Counted from the stretch's first letter, positions 19,796-30,616 are shown. The stretch is DNA of 47,626 nucleotides from Chloroflexota bacterium (GCA_030612045.1 JAUWOP010000004.1:1-47626); one strand, 5' to 3'. Notes: generated by a model not told the origin, from the sequence alone. A program made the numbers and translations.

Positions 19796-20626
19796 ATGGC
19801 ATTGAGGGAATATAAACCTACTTCTCCCGGAAGACGGGGGATGACAGTCTCTACTTTTGAAGAGATAACTAAGAAGAAGCCTGAGAAGGCGCTTCTGGTA
19901 ACTTTGAAGAAGAGAGGGGGACGTAATGTTACTGGTAGTATAACTGTGCGTCATAGGGGTGGTGGGAGTAAACGGAGGTTGCGTCTTATCGATTTCAAGC
20001 GGAATAAGTTTGATGTTCCAGCTGAAGTAGTAGCTATTGAGTATGACCCTAATCGGTCATCTCGTATTGCATTGGTCCAATATGCTGATGGGGAGAAACG
20101 CTATATTACTGCTCCCCTAGGATTGAAGGTAGGGGATGTGATTGTATCTGCTCAGGATACGAAGGATATAGAGGTAAAAGTAGGTAATGCTCTACCACTG
20201 TATCGGATTCCTGTAGGAGCGATAGTCCATAATATTGAACTCCATCCCGGTAAGGGCGGACAACTGGTAAGAAGTGCAGGGAGTGTAGCTCGAGTTATGG
20301 GTAAGGATGAGAAATACGTGCTGGTTCGTATGCCTTCAGGTGAGTTACGTCGTATCCTTGGTGTCTGTATGGCTACTGTGGGGCAGGTTGGTAATATAGA
20401 ACATCAGAATATTACTGTAGGTAAGGCGGGGCGTAACCGATGGATGGGATGGCGCCCTACTGTTCGGGGTTCAGCAATGTCTCCCAGGGCTCACCCCCAT
20501 GGGGGTGGGGAAGGAAGAACCTCGAGGGGAATGAATCCCAAGACACCTTGGGGTAAGCTTGCTTATGGATGCAAGACACGTGGTAAGAAGTCCAGTGATA
20601 AGATGATTGTTGAAAGACGAAAGTAA
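19796..20626 (+). CDS. rplB: 50S ribosomal protein L2
   Basis: [23 protein letters not shown]. Confidence 0.98.
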   Translation: MALREYKPTSPGRRGMTVSTFEEITKKKPEKALLVTLKKRGGRNVTGSITVRHRGGGSKRRLRLIDFKRNKFDVPAEVVAIEYDPNRSSRIALVQYADGEKRYITAPLGLKVGDVIVSAQDTKDIEVKVGNALPLYRIPVGAIVHNIELHPGKGGQLVRSAGSVARVMGKDEKYVLVRMPSGELRRILGVCMATVGQVGNIEHQNITVGKAGRNRWMGWRPTVRGSAMSPRAHPHGGGEGRTSRGMNPKTPWGKLAYGCKTRGKKSSDKMIVERRK

Positions 20627-20650
20627 TTAAATTAAGAGGTCAGGGCTGAC

Positions 20651-20932
20651 ATGAGCAGATCAATTAAAAAAGGTATTTTTATAGATGCTAAATTGTTGAA
20701 GAAGGTAGAGGCTGTAGAGCGCTCAGGGCAGAAGACAGTAATTAAAACATGGTCACGGGCTTCCATGATTTTGCCAGAGATGTTAGGATATACTATTGCT
20801 GTGCATGACGGTCGGCGACATGTCCCTGTATACATCACAGAGAATATGGTGGGGCATCGCCTGGGTGAGTTTGCTCCCACGCGAACTTTTAGAGGGCACA
20901 TCGCTAAGTCGGGGAAATCCGTGAAGAAGTAA
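20651..20932 (+). CDS. rpsS: 30S ribosomal protein S19
   Basis: [21 protein letters not shown]. Confidence 0.98.
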   Translation: MSRSIKKGIFIDAKLLKKVEAVERSGQKTVIKTWSRASMILPEMLGYTIAVHDGRRHVPVYITENMVGHRLGEFAPTRTFRGHIAKSGKSVKK

Positions 20933-21039
20933 TCAATTGGGTTAAATAGTTGTGATTGTGTAACTTGTATCGCAATTTGTAGAGCTACTGTCGAGTAGCA
21001 AAATGGTTGGTACACTTGAATAGCGAATAAGGATTAGTA

Positions 21040-21375
21040 GTGAAAACAAGAGCTGTAGCTAAATATGTGAGTACTTCACCTCGTAAATTGAGACTGATAG
21101 CTGACCGAGTATGTGGATTGAAGGTGGAGGAGTCTATAGCATTATTGAGATTACTGCCAAGTCCATCGGCACAAGTGATGGCTAAGGTGATTAAGTCGGC
21201 AGCGGCTAATGCAGAGAATAACTTTCAGATGTCACCTGATGAGCTCAGAGTAGTAAATATTTTTGTGGACTCGGGCCCCACCTTGAAGAGGTTTCGCCCT
21301 CAAGCTCGAGGACGGATTAATCCGATTCTCAAACGGTCATCTCATATTACAGTAATAGTCTCAGAGGAGGAATAA
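21040..21375 (+). CDS. rplV: 50S ribosomal protein L22
   Basis: SPRKLRL, SAAANAENN, KRSSHIT; GTG start. Confidence 0.97.
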   Translation: MKTRAVAKYVSTSPRKLRLIADRVCGLKVEESIALLRLLPSPSAQVMAKVIKSAAANAENNFQMSPDELRVVNIFVDSGPTLKRFRPQARGRINPILKRSSHITVIVSEEE

Positions 21376-22047
21376 TTGGGGCATAAGGTTCATCCTGTAG
21401 GTTTCAGGTTTGGTATTACCAGGGGTTGGGATGCTAAGTGGTATTCCGATAAGAATTATGCTGCTTTTCTGCAAGAGGATATTCGTATTCGTGGGCTGGT
21501 CAATGTACTTTTTCCTAGTGCTGGTATTTCAACAATTGAGATTGGTCGCAGCACGCGAGAAGTGACAGTAACAGTTTGTACAGCAAGGCCCGGAATTGTC
21601 ATTGGACGGGGGGGGCAGCGAGTGGATGGTCTACGGCATAAGCTAGAGGAACTTGTGGGGAGGAGAGTGAGGGTGGATATCCAGGAGATTCGGCAACCTG
21701 AACTTGATGCCTATCTGATGGCTGAAAGTGTGGCAGACCAGCTGAGAACCCGTACTGCTCATCTAAGAGTGATGAAGCGCACCCTGGCACGTATTATGCA
21801 GGCTGGCGCTAAGGGTGCAAAAATCTCCTGTGCAGGGAGACTTGGCGGAGCCGAGATAGCTCGACGGGTGGTCTTGATGGAGGGGCGTGTGCCCCTTCAC
21901 ACATTACGTGCTAATATAAACTACGGATTAGCTGAATCTCATACTCTTCTGGGGATCATTGGTGTAAAGGTCTGGATCTATCGTGGTGATATTCTCCCTC
22001 AGCCTCGGGAAAAGGAACTTGAGGTTTCAGAAGAGATAGAGGGGTAA
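21376..22047 (+). CDS. rpsC: 30S ribosomal protein S3
   Basis: GHKVHPVGFR, RPGIVIGRGG, GRLGGAEIAR; TTG start. Confidence 0.97.
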   Translation: MGHKVHPVGFRFGITRGWDAKWYSDKNYAAFLQEDIRIRGLVNVLFPSAGISTIEIGRSTREVTVTVCTARPGIVIGRGGQRVDGLRHKLEELVGRRVRVDIQEIRQPELDAYLMAESVADQLRTRTAHLRVMKRTLARIMQAGAKGAKISCAGRLGGAEIARRVVLMEGRVPLHTLRANINYGLAESHTLLGIIGVKVWIYRGDILPQPREKELEVSEEIEG

Positions 22048-22053
22048 ACGGGA

Positions 22054-22476
22054 ATGTTGCAGCCAAAGCGAACAAAGTTCCGGAAGAGCCATAGAGGTAG
22101 CTTGCGGGGGTCAGCCCATACGGGAGATACCATAGTTTTTGGTGAGTTTGGACTTCAGTCGTGTGAGGGTGTCTGGATTACAGCTAGACAGATAGAGGCA
22201 GCGCGCCGCGCTATAGTACACTATCTACAACGAGGAGGTAAGGTATGGATTCGTGTCTTTCCTGATAAACCGGCGACCAAAAAGCCGGGTGAGACTCGCA
22301 TGGGTAGTGGAAAGGGTAATGTTGACCATTGGGTGGCATCAGCTAAGTCAGGAAGAATCTTGTTTGAAGTGAGTGATGTCAGTGAGGAATTAGCCAGAGA
22401 AGCGATGCGTCTTGCTTCTCATAAGCTGCCTATGAAAACACAGTTTGTGGTGAGAGGAAGAGAGGGTAAGACCTAA
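22054..22476 (+). CDS. rplP: 50S ribosomal protein L16
   Basis: [26 protein letters not shown]. Confidence 0.98.
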   Translation: MLQPKRTKFRKSHRGSLRGSAHTGDTIVFGEFGLQSCEGVWITARQIEAARRAIVHYLQRGGKVWIRVFPDKPATKKPGETRMGSGKGNVDHWVASAKSGRILFEVSDVSEELAREAMRLASHKLPMKTQFVVRGREGKT

Positions 22477-22688
22477 TGAGCTCAATAACTGAGGAAATTC
22501 GTGCCCTTAGTTCTGAGGAGTTGGCAGAAAGACTGGAAGAGTCCTATCAGGAGCTGTTTAATCTACGCTTCCGTGTAGCTACTATGCAGTTGACAAATCA
22601 TCGTGAGATACGCAAGGTGAGAAGAGGAATTGCTCGAATAAAGACATTACTGAGGGAACGAGAACCTTCGGGTGCTCAGAGGCAGTAA
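22476..22688 (+). CDS. rpmC: 50S ribosomal protein L29
   Basis: ELFNLRF, IARIKT; operon position. Confidence 0.95.
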   Translation: MSSITEEIRALSSEELAERLEESYQELFNLRFRVATMQLTNHREIRKVRRGIARIKTLLREREPSGAQRQ

Positions 22689-22691
22689 ATT

Positions 22692-22958
22692 ATGCATAGA
22701 CACAAGACTAAGATTGGGTGTGTAACAAGTGACCGTATGGATAAGACAGTTACGGTAGCCGTAGAGCATGTGACACATCACCCTTTGTATAAGAAGCTGA
22801 TTAGACGTAAGGTGAAGTTTAAAGCTCATGATGAGAATAATAACTGCCGAGTGGGTGATAAGGTAAAGATAGTAGAAGCCCCCCCGCTATCTAAAACCAA
22901 AAGGTGGCAGATAGTGGAGATTCTGACAAGCCCTGAGGGGACGAAGGGTGATTCATAA
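22692..22958 (+). CDS. rpsQ: 30S ribosomal protein S17
   Basis: SDRMDKTVTV, HPLYKK, AHDENN, PLSKTKRW. Confidence 0.97.
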   Translation: MHRHKTKIGCVTSDRMDKTVTVAVEHVTHHPLYKKLIRRKVKFKAHDENNNCRVGDKVKIVEAPPLSKTKRWQIVEILTSPEGTKGDS

Positions 22959-23060
22959 CGAACCCATCTTAAGACTCCCTGTCCCTCTGAAGGAGAGGAT
23001 AGGTGAGAGAGGTTTTGAGACCAGTTTGGTATTTACGCTTGTTGAAGGGAGTTACGAGGG

Positions 23061-23429
23061 ATGATACAAACATTCACTCGTCTTAAAGTGGTAGATAATA
23101 CAGGAGCTAAAAGCATTATGTGTATTAATGTGCTTGGGGGCACCAGGCGCAAGTATGCTCATGTAGGTGATGTTATTGTCTGCTCAGTGAAGCAGGCAAT
23201 GCCTCGGGGAGTGGTGAAGAAGGGTGATGTGGTACGAGCGGTAATTGTACGCACTGCAAAGTCTTATCGTCGTCAGGATGGTTCTTATATTAGGTTTGAT
23301 GATAATGCTGCGGTGATACTCACGGACCAGAATAATCCTAGGGGAACACGCATCTTTGGCCCAGTTGCCAGGGAACTGAGAGAGAAGAATTTTACTAAGA
23401 TCATATCTCTGGCTCCTGAAGTGCTGTAA
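23061..23429 (+). CDS. rplN: 50S ribosomal protein L14
   Basis: [27 protein letters not shown]. Confidence 0.98.
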   Translation: MIQTFTRLKVVDNTGAKSIMCINVLGGTRRKYAHVGDVIVCSVKQAMPRGVVKKGDVVRAVIVRTAKSYRRQDGSYIRFDDNAAVILTDQNNPRGTRIFGPVARELREKNFTKIISLAPEVL

Positions 23430-23474
23430 GAAGGCGTAAGTGTTCCCAAAAGAGGGTATAAGGGTATAATTGTA

Positions 23475-23792
23475 ATGAGGATTAGGAAAGATGATACTGT
23501 TGTGGTGATTAGTGGTAAGGATAGGGGCAAGAAAGGGAAGGTACGGGTAGCCTCTCCTTCTAAAGAGCAGATAATAGTAGAGGGTATCAATATAGTAAAG
23601 AAGCATGCAAAGTCGCAGGGTATGCGTACTCAGGCAGGAATTATCAAGCAGGAGGCGCCACTCCATGTATCTAAGGTAAGGTTGGTTTGCAATAAGTGTG
23701 ACCGGCCCACAAGGGTAGCCTTTCGATTTGTAGGAGATGGTGAACATAAGAAAGTGCGCATGTGTCGATTGTGTGGTGAGGTGATTGATTAG
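23475..23792 (+). CDS. rplX: 50S ribosomal protein L24
   Basis: KOW motif VISGKDRGKKG, VEGIN; CxxC..CxxC near the C-terminus. Confidence 0.97.
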   Translation: MRIRKDDTVVVISGKDRGKKGKVRVASPSKEQIIVEGINIVKKHAKSQGMRTQAGIIKQEAPLHVSKVRLVCNKCDRPTRVAFRFVGDGEHKKVRMCRLCGEVID

Positions 23793-23795
23793 TAT

Positions 23796-24380
23796 ATGAG
23801 TGCAGAGGTGATTTCTCAAGAGGTAGAGGTTGTCCAGCATCCAAGACTGAAGGAAAAGTATTTTCAGGAAGTGGTACCTGTAATGAGACATGAGTTTGCG
23901 TATTCTAATATTATGCAGGTGCCAAGATTGTTGAAGGTTGTGCTCAATATTGGATTGGGGGAGGCACTTCAGAATCCTAAGGCTGTGGAGATGGCAGGAA
24001 ATGACCTCGCAGCCATTTCTGGTCAGCGCCCCATAGTTAACCAAGCAAAAAAATCTATCGCAGCCTTTAAGCTGCGCGCAGGCATGTCCATAGGTTTGTC
24101 AGTAACATTGCGTGGTAGGCGAATGTATGAGTTTCTAGATAGGCTATTTAATGCAGTATTGCCCCGTATTCGGGATTTCCGGGGGGTATCGCGGACTTCT
24201 ATGGATGGGGGGGGGAATTATTCTCTAGGGCTTAAGGAGCAGATTACATTTCCTGAAATTGATTATGATAAGGTAGATAAGGTACGAGGGCTTGAGGTTA
24301 GTATAGTAACTACTGCTGGGACGGACGAGGAAGGGAGACGGCTTCTAGAACTTTTGGGGATGCCTTTTGCTCGTGAGTAG
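23796..24380 (+). CDS. rplE: 50S ribosomal protein L5
   Basis: [27 protein letters not shown]. Confidence 0.98.
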   Translation: MSAEVISQEVEVVQHPRLKEKYFQEVVPVMRHEFAYSNIMQVPRLLKVVLNIGLGEALQNPKAVEMAGNDLAAISGQRPIVNQAKKSIAAFKLRAGMSIGLSVTLRGRRMYEFLDRLFNAVLPRIRDFRGVSRTSMDGGGNYSLGLKEQITFPEIDYDKVDKVRGLEVSIVTTAGTDEEGRRLLELLGMPFARE

Positions 24381-24391
24381 GAGGAGGTTGA

Positions 24392-24577
24392 ATGGCTAAG
24401 GTTTCGAAGGTGGTAAAGTCACGGCGCCAGATGAGGTATAAAGTCCAGGAGCATAGCCGGTGTGGGCGGTGTGGCCGCCCTCGAGCGTATATAAGGAAGT
24501 TTGGGTTATGCCGAATCTGTTTTCGTGAATTGGCACTGAAGGGTCAAATCCCTGGTGTGAGAAAATCAAGTTGGTAG
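24392..24577 (+). CDS. rpsZ: 30S ribosomal protein S14 type Z (Zn-binding)
   Basis: [28 protein letters not shown]. Confidence 0.97.
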   Translation: MAKVSKVVKSRRQMRYKVQEHSRCGRCGRPRAYIRKFGLCRICFRELALKGQIPGVRKSSW

Positions 24578-24589
24578 AGAGTTTGAAGG

Positions 24590-24991
24590 ATGAGTAGTAT
24601 AACGGACCCCGTAGCTGATATGCTGACTAGAATGAGAAATGTCTTGATGGTGAGGCGCAAGTTTGTGTTGATGCCCACCTCAAAGTTGAAGCTTGCTATC
24701 GCTATGGTATTAAAAGGGGAAGGTTTTATTGATGATTATGAGTTGTTAAGGAGTAAGTCCCAGAGGATAATTAAGATCCATCTCAGGTATGATGAGAATA
24801 ATATACCCTTTATTTCAGGATTGAAGCGAGTAAGTAAACCCAGTGTTAGAATATATGTGGGGAGGAAAGAAATTCCCCGTATCTGTGGAGGGATGGGTAT
24901 CGCAATTCTGTCTACATCCCATGGTGTGATGACGGGTCAGGAAGCTTGGAAGCGAAATATTGGTGGTGAGTTGCTATGCTACATCTGGTAA
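24590..24991 (+). CDS. rpsH: 30S ribosomal protein S8
   Basis: TDPVADMLTR, LSTSHGVM, IGGELLC. Confidence 0.97.
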   Translation: MSSITDPVADMLTRMRNVLMVRRKFVLMPTSKLKLAIAMVLKGEGFIDDYELLRSKSQRIIKIHLRYDENNIPFISGLKRVSKPSVRIYVGRKEIPRICGGMGIAILSTSHGVMTGQEAWKRNIGGELLCYIW

Positions 24992-25009
24992 ATCTCCTGT
25001 GGGGGGAGT

Positions 25010-25555
25010 ATGTCTAGAGTAGGATTGAAGCCGATACAGTTGCCGCAAGGTGTAGAGGTAGATACTGCGGGGGATAGGGTTGTGGTACGAGGGCCCAAAG
25101 GTGAGCTCAGCTATATCCTTCCTTCAAATATAGCTGTTCAGTTAGAGGATGGTGTGCTCAGAGTATCTCGGTCCACAGATTCGAGAGTTAATCGTGCCAT
25201 GCATGGTCTGGTACGCAGCCTTGTAGCAAATATGGTAGAGGGTGTTAGTAAAGGTTTTGAGCGGGATCTGGAGATTGTAGGTGTAGGTTACGGGGCACAG
25301 CAGGCTGGTGATAAGATTGTGCTTCGGGTAGGTTTCTCACATTCTGTGGAGATAGTACCTCCTAAGGGAATTTCCCTAGTGGCAGAGAGGGCAAATCGTA
25401 TTAAGGTAGCGGGTATTGATAAGGAGCTGGTGGGGCGGGTAGCAGCAGGTATCCGAAAGGTACGCCCGCCGGATATTTACAAAGGGAAGGGAATCAGGTA
25501 TGCAGGTGAAGAACTGCACCTAAAATCTGGTAAAACAATGGGGAAGAAAAAGTAA
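25010..25555 (+). CDS. rplF: 50S ribosomal protein L6
   Basis: [19 protein letters not shown]. Confidence 0.97.
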   Translation: MSRVGLKPIQLPQGVEVDTAGDRVVVRGPKGELSYILPSNIAVQLEDGVLRVSRSTDSRVNRAMHGLVRSLVANMVEGVSKGFERDLEIVGVGYGAQQAGDKIVLRVGFSHSVEIVPPKGISLVAERANRIKVAGIDKELVGRVAAGIRKVRPPDIYKGKGIRYAGEELHLKSGKTMGKKK

Positions 25556-25557
25556 AC

Positions 25558-25929
25558 ATGAGCAGAAGGAGTAACAGTCCTAGATTAGCACGGAGGAGGC
25601 GTCATTCTCGTCTGCGGGTAAGATTAGAGGGCTCACCCCAAAGGTTGCGATTGAATGTATTCCGCAGTTCGAGGCACATCTACGCACAGATAATTGATGA
25701 TACTAGAGGACATACTTTGGCTGCAGCTTCAACCCTTGATCCTGTGTTGCGGGATGAGGTAAAGAACGGTAACAAGGCTGATTCTGCTAAATTAGTAGGT
25801 GCCCTGGTTGCAAGGCGAGCTCTGGAAAAGGGCGTGAAGAAGGTAGCTTTTGACCGAGGGGGATATAAATATCATGGTCGAGTCAAAGCCCTGGCTGAGT
25901 CTGCGAGAGAAGTAGGGCTAATTTTCTAA
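25558..25929 (+). CDS. rplR: 50S ribosomal protein L18
   Basis: [27 protein letters not shown]. Confidence 0.97.
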   Translation: MSRRSNSPRLARRRRHSRLRVRLEGSPQRLRLNVFRSSRHIYAQIIDDTRGHTLAAASTLDPVLRDEVKNGNKADSAKLVGALVARRALEKGVKKVAFDRGGYKYHGRVKALAESAREVGLIF

Positions 25930-25971
25930 ACTAATAGCTCGTCCCCCTCACTTAGGAGGAAGAGGGCGGGT

Positions 25972-26481
25972 CTGTCTAGGAGCAGTGAGATAGTACAGCG
26001 TAAGTTTAGTCCTGAGGAACCAGAGCAACTGATTGAGAAGCTAGTAGCGGTTAGACGTGTGACTAAGGTGGTAAAGGGGGGGAAGCGCATGAGATTCAGT
26101 GCTCTGGTAGTTGTGGGTGATGGTAGTGGCTGTGTTGGTGTTGGAAAAGGTAGAGCGAATGAGGTAGCATTGGCAATACAGAAAGCCACTACTGTAGCAA
26201 GGAAAGATATGAGGCGCATTTCTCTAGTAGGAACTACTATCCCTTATGAGATTCGGACGAAATATGGAGCAGCAGATGTTTTACTCAAGCCGGCTGCTCG
26301 CGGTAGAGGGATTATTGCGGGAGGAAGTGTTCGTGCTGTAATGGAGGCTGTGGGGATTAAGGATATCCTATCTAAGTCTCTGGGTAGTTCTAACCCGATA
26401 AATGTGGTCAAGGCAACTGTTTTGGCTCTCAGTTGCCTAAAGATACCTGAAGAGGAAATAGCGAGACGGAAGGCAGCATGA
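25972..26481 (+). CDS. rpsE: 30S ribosomal protein S5 (probable CTG start; the ORF track truncates it)
   Basis: In-frame upstream extension [10 protein letters not shown] joins [17 protein letters not shown]; GIIAGG, KSLGSSN. Confidence 0.93.
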   Translation: MSRSSEIVQRKFSPEEPEQLIEKLVAVRRVTKVVKGGKRMRFSALVVVGDGSGCVGVGKGRANEVALAIQKATTVARKDMRRISLVGTTIPYEIRTKYGAADVLLKPAARGRGIIAGGSVRAVMEAVGIKDILSKSLGSSNPINVVKATVLALSCLKIPEEEIARRKAA

Positions 26482-26549
26482 GTTATAGAGTTTGTTGAGT
26501 TCCCCTCCAACTCAAGCAACTCTATAAACTCTATTAACACTATAAACTC
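26480..26549. repeat. GAGTT.../...AACTC short-period inverted tandem repeat in the rpsE-rpmD spacer
   Basis: gagttatagagtttgttgagtt-cccctcc-aactcaagc aactctata aactctatt aacactata aactc. Confidence 0.75.
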
Positions 26550-26566
26550 GCTGAGCGGAGTAGGAA

Positions 26567-26749
26567 TTGAGTAAATTGCGGATCACATGGGTGAAAAGTG
26601 GTATAGGTTATGCCCGAGACCAGCGGATGACTATCAAAGCGCTGGGACTACGTCGGCTTAATCAAACCGTAGTAAGGGAGGAGTCTCCATCACTCTGGGG
26701 TATGATAATGAAGGTGGTGCACTTGATTAGAGTGGAGAGGCAAGGGTAA
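26567..26749 (+). CDS. rpmD: 50S ribosomal protein L30
   Basis: LRITWVKSGIG, ALGLRRLNQTV; TTG start. Confidence 0.95.
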   Translation: MSKLRITWVKSGIGYARDQRMTIKALGLRRLNQTVVREESPSLWGMIMKVVHLIRVERQG

Positions 26750-27195
26750 TGAGAGGATTGGATAACCTGTCACCATCACCTGGCTCAAAGAAGCGAGGGA
26801 AGCGGGTGGGGCGTGGTAATGGCAGTGGTCATGGTACCTATTCCACGCGTGGCTGTAATGGGCAGAAATCACGCAGCGGTGGTGGGGTATCTCGATACTT
26901 TGAGGGGGGGCAGTTGCCTCTGGTAAAGCGTTTGCCTCGTCATCCTGGGTTCAAAAATATTTTTAGAGTAGAATATGCTACTGTTAATGTGGATAGGCTT
27001 AGTATCTTTGAGGCAAAAACCACAGTAACCCCACAGGAGCTATACCGTGCTGGATTGATTCGCTCTGTAGGGAAGCCGGTAAAAATCCTGGGCAATGGTA
27101 GCTTGGATCGTCCTATAGTTGTAGTAGCTAATAAGTTTTCCAGAGCCGCAAGGGCGAAAATTGAGGCGGTTGGGGGACAGGTAGAGGAGCTATAG
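26749..27195 (+). CDS. rplO: 50S ribosomal protein L15
   Basis: RVGRGNGSG, FEGGQLPL, KILGNG. Confidence 0.97.
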   Translation: MRGLDNLSPSPGSKKRGKRVGRGNGSGHGTYSTRGCNGQKSRSGGGVSRYFEGGQLPLVKRLPRHPGFKNIFRVEYATVNVDRLSIFEAKTTVTPQELYRAGLIRSVGKPVKILGNGSLDRPIVVVANKFSRAARAKIEAVGGQVEEL

Positions 27196-27197
27196 GA

Positions 27198-28493
27198 GTG
27201 CAACAGAAACAGTCTGCCATGCCTCGTCTGGCACAGGCGATGATAGATGCTCTTAAGCTGCCTGACCTCCGAGCTAGACTTCTGTTCACCCTGGGGATTC
27301 TGGTAATTTTTCGTTTTATGGCTCAGGTTCCTGTACCCGGCGTTGATGTGGAACAGCTGGAGCGTGTCTTTTCGAGTAGCGCACTGCTTAGTATGCTTAA
27401 CCTGTTTGGTGGGGGGGCGATGGAGAGGCTTAGCATCGTCGCCATGACAGTTTATCCTTATATCACCGCTTCTATAGTAATGCAGCTGTTGGTACCAGTT
27501 ATACCCAGGCTGCAGGCTCTGGCAAAAGAAGGTGAAGCAGGTAGAAATAAGATTAATATGTATACTCACTGGCTGACCATACCACTGGCAGCCATCCAGG
27601 GATATGGTGTGATATTACTCTTGCGGAATCAGTACGGCATCCTGCCCTTTGAGGGTGCTTTAGCAGATGTAAGTATTGTCCTGACATTAGTAGCTGGCAC
27701 TATGCTTTTAGTCTGGCTCGGTGAACTTATCACCGAGCGTGGTCTGGGTAATGGTGTATCTTTGATAATCTGTGCTGGTATCGTGGTAACTGTCCCCGGG
27801 GCGATGTGGCAGACCTATCAGACTAGTGGTGTAGGGGATTTGCTTAAGCTAATTATATTTTCCCTGGCAGTTATAGTCCTGATTATCTTTGTTACTGAAG
27901 CGTATCGTCGAATCCCGGTGCACTACTCCAAGAGTATTATTCGGGGAAGGCGTATGTATCGCCAGTCAGGTTCTTCATATATACCACTGAAGGTTAATAT
28001 GGCAGGTATGATACCTCTTATCTTTGCTATGGCTGTAGTGCTCTTACCTGGACAAATAGGCAGCTACTTTGGAGATAATATTATAGCTCAATTTATTACT
28101 ACCTGGTTTGACCCTGCGGGGTGGTTTTATTGGTTAATCTTCTTTATACTGGTGGTTGCCTTTACCTTTTTCTACACAATGATTATCTTTGAACAGCAGG
28201 ACCTGCCGGGAACCCTGCAGAAACAAGGAGGGTTTGTCCCCGGGATTCGTCCTGGTAAGGCTACCAGTGAATATCTTAATAAGGTGATACTCCGTCTCAC
28301 TTGTGCTGGGGCCTTATTTCTGGGTATAGTAGCAATTATGCCTTTCTTCTCTCAGTATATAGCTGAGGTACAACCAGCCTTTATGATTATTAGTAGTGCT
28401 GGTGCTCTCATAGTGGTTGGGGTAGCTCTGGATACCATGCGGCAGTTGGAGGCGCAGCTCCTGATGCGCCGCTATGAGGGATTTATTAAATGA
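27198..28493 (+). CDS. secY: Preprotein translocase subunit SecY
   Basis: PYITASIVMQLL, WLGELITERGLGNGVSLII, VPGIRPG, LIVVGVALDT. Confidence 0.98.
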   Translation: MQQKQSAMPRLAQAMIDALKLPDLRARLLFTLGILVIFRFMAQVPVPGVDVEQLERVFSSSALLSMLNLFGGGAMERLSIVAMTVYPYITASIVMQLLVPVIPRLQALAKEGEAGRNKINMYTHWLTIPLAAIQGYGVILLLRNQYGILPFEGALADVSIVLTLVAGTMLLVWLGELITERGLGNGVSLIICAGIVVTVPGAMWQTYQTSGVGDLLKLIIFSLAVIVLIIFVTEAYRRIPVHYSKSIIRGRRMYRQSGSSYIPLKVNMAGMIPLIFAMAVVLLPGQIGSYFGDNIIAQFITTWFDPAGWFYWLIFFILVVAFTFFYTMIIFEQQDLPGTLQKQGGFVPGIRPGKATSEYLNKVILRLTCAGALFLGIVAIMPFFSQYIAEVQPAFMIISSAGALIVVGVALDTMRQLEAQLLMRRYEGFIK

Positions 28494-28531
28494 TGAGTCT
28501 AAGATATTTAGTAAGCGTTCACCCACTCGCA

Positions 28532-28565
28532 TGTCATTGCGAGGAGTGTAGCGACGAAGCAATCT
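28532..28565 (+). repeat. TGTCATTGCGAG-type palindromic repeat in the secY-adk spacer
   Basis: tgtcattgcgaggagtgtagcgacgaagcaatct, near-identical to copies at 40079 and 40377. Confidence 0.8.
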
Positions 28566-28664
28566 TGGTGGGGAGTGATGAGTGTTCTGGTCATTTGAGT
28601 TTTGAACATTAGATATTATTTAGAATTTTGTGCTTAGGATTTACTCTAAAAAGGAGGAAGGTAG

Positions 28665-29315
28665 ATGCATCTTATTCTCTTAGGAGCTCCAGGGGCAGGT
28701 AAAGGAACGCAGGCGGGGGTTCTATGCAGTGAGTTTGGATTAGTACATGTAGCCTCGGGAGACCTCTTTAGGGAGGCACAGAGAAAGGGTACGGAGTTAG
28801 GCTTACTGGCCAAATCCTACATGGAAAAGGGGCAGCTAGTACCAGATGAAGTCACTATCAAGCTAATTTTGGAGCGTATCGCTGAGCCTGACTGTAAGAC
28901 AGGGGGGTATATACTGGATGGATTCCCCCGCACCTTGGAGCAGGCAAAAGCTCTGGATGATGCCCTGGCAAAAAGGGGCGAGCACATTGACCAGGTAGTA
29001 AATGTTAAGGTTTCTGAGGAGGAGATTATTAGGCGTCTCGGAGGAAGATGGATTTGTAGGGAGTGCCAGACACCTTATCATGCTGTTGCTTCTCCACCAA
29101 AGGTGGCAGGTAAGTGTGATAAGTGTGGTGGAGAGCTCTATCAGCGTGCCGATGATACCCCTGAGACAGTGAAAAAGAGGCTGGATGTCTATACTGTTCA
29201 GACTGCCCCGCTCATTGATTATTATAGAGTGGGGGGGGTTTTTATGGAAGTAGATGGTGAGCAGGATATTAAAGAGTTGGGTGCCAGCCTAGTAGCAAGT
29301 CTTCGGAAGCTATAG
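28665..29315 (+). CDS. adk: Adenylate kinase (Zn-lid type)
   Basis: GAPGAGKGTQ, LDGFPRT, CREC..CDKC lid. Confidence 0.98.
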   Translation: MHLILLGAPGAGKGTQAGVLCSEFGLVHVASGDLFREAQRKGTELGLLAKSYMEKGQLVPDEVTIKLILERIAEPDCKTGGYILDGFPRTLEQAKALDDALAKRGEHIDQVVNVKVSEEEIIRRLGGRWICRECQTPYHAVASPPKVAGKCDKCGGELYQRADDTPETVKKRLDVYTVQTAPLIDYYRVGGVFMEVDGEQDIKELGASLVASLRKL

Positions 29316-29359
29316 GAGCAGATGTTAAACCCTGTTCCTACCACAATTTGTTGGCTAAA

Positions 29360-30112
29360 ATGAGTGTAATAATTAAATCGCCTCATGAGATTGAGCTTAT
29401 GAGGAAAGCAGGTAGAGTAGTAGCTGCTGTGTTGCAGACTATGGCTGCTGCAGTTAGACCAGGACTTAAGACTCGGGAGTTAGATGAAATATGCGTCAAG
29501 GAGTTAAGAAAATATAATGCGATTCCTTCGTTTAAGGGCTACCGAGGGTTTCCTGCTAACCTCTGTGTTTCAGTAAATGATGAGATAGTGCATGGCATAC
29601 CCGGTAATCGGGTGCTGCAGGAGGGTGACATTGTCTCCTTGGATGTAGGGGCAATAGTTAACGGGCTTCATGGTGATGCTGCTATTACCATTGGAGTAGG
29701 TGAAATTTCCCCGGAAGCTCAAAAGCTTTTGGAAGTGACAAAGGGGGCTCTGATGGCAGGCATTGCCGTCGCCTATCCTGGAAATAGATTAGGGGATATC
29801 TCAGCGGAGATACAAGCTTATGTGGAGAGTAGAGGGTTCTCAGTAGTGCGGGAGTATACCGGGCATGGTATAGGTTATTCGATGCACGAGGACCCGCTGA
29901 TACCAAATTTTGGACGTAGAGGACACGGGATATTGCTGGCAAAGGGAATGACATTTGCTCTTGAACCGATGGCAAATATAGGTGGGTGGCAGACAAAGGT
30001 GAGTAGTGATAATTGGACGGTTCTTACTGCCGATGGGAGTCTTTCAGCTCACTTCGAGCACGATATAGCTATTACCGATAAGGGTGCTCTAATCCTCTCG
30101 GAGATGGATTAA
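29360..30112 (+). CDS. map: Methionine aminopeptidase type I
   Basis: VHGIP, HGDAA, GHGIG..MHEDP, SAHFEH. Confidence 0.97.
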   Translation: MSVIIKSPHEIELMRKAGRVVAAVLQTMAAAVRPGLKTRELDEICVKELRKYNAIPSFKGYRGFPANLCVSVNDEIVHGIPGNRVLQEGDIVSLDVGAIVNGLHGDAAITIGVGEISPEAQKLLEVTKGALMAGIAVAYPGNRLGDISAEIQAYVESRGFSVVREYTGHGIGYSMHEDPLIPNFGRRGHGILLAKGMTFALEPMANIGGWQTKVSSDNWTVLTADGSLSAHFEHDIAITDKGALILSEMD

Positions 30113-30130
30113 GAGGGATACTGAAGTGTA

Positions 30131-30349
30131 ATGTCGAAGAAAGAGAGTATAGAGGTCCAGGGAAAAGTAGTCGACTGTTTACCTAATGCTGTATTTCGGG
30201 TTGAGCTACCTAATGGGCATATGGTTTTGGCTCATGCGTCAGGGAAGATGAGGCTCCATTTCATTAAGATATTGTTTGGTGACTTAGTCCTGGTGGAGCT
30301 CTCACCTTATGATTTGACCCGAGGAAGAATCACCTATCGGTTTAAATGA
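30131..30349 (+). CDS. infA: Translation initiation factor IF-1
   Basis: [28 protein letters not shown]. Confidence 0.97.
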   Translation: MSKKESIEVQGKVVDCLPNAVFRVELPNGHMVLAHASGKMRLHFIKILFGDLVLVELSPYDLTRGRITYRFK

Positions 30350-30475
30350 AGAGGTAAAGATTAAATTAGGCGGTTGCGTAACTTGTGTTAGGGCTCGTAG
30401 GGTAGTTAATGAGGGATGAGGCAAGCAACATAACCAGGTAACAGGCAACTGGTGATAATCTGTGGAGTTTTAGTT

Positions 30476-30589
30476 ATGAAAGTAAGGTCTTCAGTAAAGA
30501 TTCGGTGTAAGAAATGCAAAATAGTAAGACGCAAAGGTGTGGTCCGAGTTGTATGCTCTAATCCAAAGCATAAGCAGAGGCAAGGATAG
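30476..30589 (+). CDS. rpmJ: 50S ribosomal protein L36 (absent from the ORF track)
   Basis: Manual translation [37 protein letters not shown]. Confidence 0.97.
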   Translation: MKVRSSVKIRCKKCKIVRRKGVVRVVCSNPKHKQRQG

Positions 30590-30616
30590 TATGGGTGTTA
30601 CGAAAAAAGGGGAATT

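Noticed and set aside
23184-24044. Long antisense ORFs (also 26940-27569 and 38423-39031)
   Set aside because: Shadows of real plus-strand genes caused by codon bias; no motifs
25558-26481. rplR-rpsE readthrough fusion (same frame, single TAA)
   Set aside because: TAA is an efficient stop and a strong SD precedes a plausible CTG start
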